Below are positions 38,824 to 40,747 of a DNA stretch of 40,747 nucleotides, one piece after another. The position numbers were made by a program, and so were the translations under genes. The stretch is from NCBI GenBank assembly GCA_049664005.1, contig JBATEM010000198.1, forward strand, positions 1 to 40,747, given 5' to 3'. Numbering within the stretch: the stretch's first letter is position 1; each line of letters begins with the position of its first letter. The notes under the pieces are model-generated. The model ran no database searches. It was given only the letters and a program-made list of their open reading frames with translations, and was not told the origin of the DNA. The DNA comes from Candidatus Macondimonas sp. (GTDB taxonomy: Bacteria; Pseudomonadota; Gammaproteobacteria; UBA5335).

Positions 38824-40114
38824 CTTTCAATTCCCTCGCAACAGTCGGGGCCAGGATGGGCAGCGTTACGTGCGCGCAGCCCCCCCGCCCCTGACCGAAC
38901 TCCAGCGTCAATTCCCCGCCCATGCGCCGGATCACGCTCTGGGCCAGAAACAGCCCCAGGCCGTGACCGCTGGCCTTGTCGCTGACGCCCATCTGACCCA
39001 GGCGCGGCGCCAGGTGGGCGGCCACCCCGGGACCTTCATCACGCACCGATAGCATGAGACGCGCGACATCCCAATCGACACCGATTGCGATGGGGCGGTC
39101 GCTGGCGTCGGCCGCATTGTTGAGCAGGCTGAGCAGGGACTGGATCAGCGTCTCGTCCACCACCAATTGAGGCGCGGGCCGGGGTCTCCCCCAATCAACC
39201 CGCACTGCATGACCCGGACGCAACAGGCTGAATCGCGTCAAGGTCTGGCGCAGCAATTGATCGGCTGTTTGCACGCCGGCCCCCTCGCCCCGTGGCTCGC
39301 CGCCGGCAGTAAGCACCCGCCCCAGGCTTTCCCGGCAGCGATCCACCTGGCTCTTGAGCAGCGCCAGATCATCCTGGATCGCAGGATCGGTGGGGCAATG
39401 CGCACGCAACTCCTCCACCAGCAGGGTCATGGTCGACAAGGGCGTGCCCAGTTCATGGGCGGCACCGGCGGCCAGCGCCCCCAGGGCGACAATTTGCTGA
39501 TCACGCAAGGCGCCTTCGCGTGCGCGGGCCAGCCCTTCTTCCCGTTCGCGCAATTCATCGGCCATCGCCGCCACGAAGAACGCCATCACTCCCGCTGCCA
39601 GCACGAAGCTGCCCCACATGCCCACCAGATGCAGGTTGAAACTGTCGTGAGCCATCCCCGGTGCGTGGGGGAGAGGGATATTCCAGAACATCAGGCCGGT
39701 GTAGCAGGCCACCGAGACCAGGGCAAGCGAACCTGTATCGCGTGCCGGCAGGGTGGAAGCAGCCACCGCCAGCGGCAGCAGATACAGGGATGCAAAGGGG
39801 TTGGCGTGGCCCCCCGTGACGTAGAGCAGGGCAGTCAGCCCCGCGATATCAACCAATAAATGGCGCAGGAAACGCGCCCGAGTCACTGACTCGGCGTGCC
39901 GCGTGAGTTGCCATGCGCTCAGGTTGTCCGCCGCCATGAGCAGCAGGACGGCCAGCGGCAGCGCCACAGGCACGGCCAGTCCGACGAGGAGTTGGGTGAC
40001 CCCTACCACCACCGCCAGCCCGACGATGGCGGTGCCGCGCAGCAACACCAGTCGACGCAGGTTGTTGGCCGGCAGTGGCCCGCTCATCTTGTTGGGCACG
40101 GTATTCAGCGTCAT
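38777..40114 (-). CDS. regB: RegB/PrrB-family sensor histidine kinase
   Basis: TGGHANPF quinone-binding loop, H-box AAHELGTPL, RCR, NNAADA, GLGLF; start approximate. Confidence 0.9.
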   Translation of the reverse strand: MTLNTVPNKMSGPLPANNLRRLVLLRGTAIVGLAVVVGVTQLLVGLAVPVALPLAVLLLMAADNLSAWQLTRHAESVTRARFLRHLLVDIAGLTALLYVTGGHANPFASLYLLPLAVAASTLPARDTGSLALVSVACYTGLMFWNIPLPHAPGMAHDSFNLHLVGMWGSFVLAAGVMAFFVAAMADELREREEGLARAREGALRDQQIVALGALAAGAAHELGTPLSTMTLLVEELRAHCPTDPAIQDDLALLKSQVDRCRESLGRVLTAGGEPRGEGAGVQTADQLLRQTLTRFSLLRPGHAVRVDWGRPRPAPQLVVDETLIQSLLSLLNNAADASDRPIAIGVDWDVARLMLSVRDEGPGVAAHLAPRLGQMGVSDKASGHGLGLFLAQSVIRRMGGELTLEFGQGRGGCAHVTLPILAPTVARELKDAVPDDRGIQPAAGR

Positions 40115-40316
40115 GGCCTGGATTATACGGTGCTCCCTTGCGGAGGGGCTGCGACAAATTGCCGCAGCTTGGATGGTGCTCGGCGGTGCACGGGACGGAT
40201 CGTTGCCGGGCCGGGCAAAGAAAATGCGTGCGTCATCGGCGTACGGTGGCGCTTGGCGGGAGATAACGGATGGCGTCATGGCAAGAGCGCGATGACGCGA
40301 TGAAGGTGCGGCGGCT

Positions 40317-40747
40317 TCAGGACAGGGTGATGGGCAGGCCCCGATGGGCAGCGGGGCGCTGCAGACCGTCCTCGACTTGGGTGCGGGTGGCCGGGTCAGT
40401 GAGGTGTTCAATGAGGAAGAGAGCGAAATCCATGGCGGTACCGGGTCCGCGCGAGGTGATGATCGGCCCGTCCACGACGACAGCCGCCGAGGTATCGAGT
40501 ACGAGACCCGGGATGTCCAGAGGTTCGAGAAAACCGGGATAGGCAGTCGCCCGCCGGCCATCCAGCAAGCCCTGTTGCGCCAGCACGCTCGGCGCCGCGC
40601 AGATGGCTGCCACCTGCCGTCCCTGAGCATTCTGGCGGGTCAACAACACCGCAAGGCGTGGATCTTGTCCCAGTCGCCGTGCGCCCTCGGCCCCGCCGGG
40701 AAGAACGATCAGATCAAATGACGCCTCAATCACCGTGTCCAGAGTGG
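40317..40747 (-). CDS. yajL: DJ-1/YajL/PfpI family protein (5' end lies outside the window)
   Basis: LPGG, AAICAAP, ATAYP, ITSRGPGTAMDFAL. Confidence 0.88.
   Translation of the reverse strand, partial: TLDTVIEASFDLIVLPGGAEGARRLGQDPRLAVLLTRQNAQGRQVAAICAAPSVLAQQGLLDGRRATAYPGFLEPLDIPGLVLDTSAAVVVDGPIITSRGPGTAMDFALFLIEHLTDPATRTQVEDGLQRPAAHRGLPITLS

Noticed and set aside
40115..40630. N-terminal extension of RegB in the 617-aa ORF
   Set aside because: It overlaps the DJ-1 gene in another frame; RegB-like sequence begins near 40114.

Overview
Gammaproteobacterial-type chromosome. A complete Tn7-family transposon of about 34.1 kb (1670..35790) is inserted at attTn7, 25 bp past the glmS stop. It carries tnsABCDE and both TnsB-site ends, but its target-site duplication is imperfect. 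Its cargo, mostly on the minus strand, has four parts. (1) A truncated RelE/ParE toxin. (2) A merR/merT-merP-GDCCVxC module with no merA, running into a CusCBA-type RND pump. (3) A tightly coupled 16-gene operon: pstSCAB, arsM, arsS, a membrane peroxiredoxin-like protein, a TVP38/flavin-disulfide-reductase fusion, DUF547, thioredoxin, ccdA, rhodanese, a sterol-desaturase-family gene, two arsenosugar-associated glycosyltransferases and an NrtS-like gene. A cupin-AraC regulator lies divergent from it, and no arsR, arsC or efflux gene is present. (4) About 1 kb of gene debris (otsB, IS5, DUF486 and SRAP fragments). Host genes follow the element: OmpW family, rsmJ, gamma-carbonic-anhydrase family, regA/regB and a DJ-1/YajL gene. 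The best candidate for a new system is the mobile operon that appears to import arsenic and build an organoarsenical. All family calls come from motif recognition by eye; no database searches were run.
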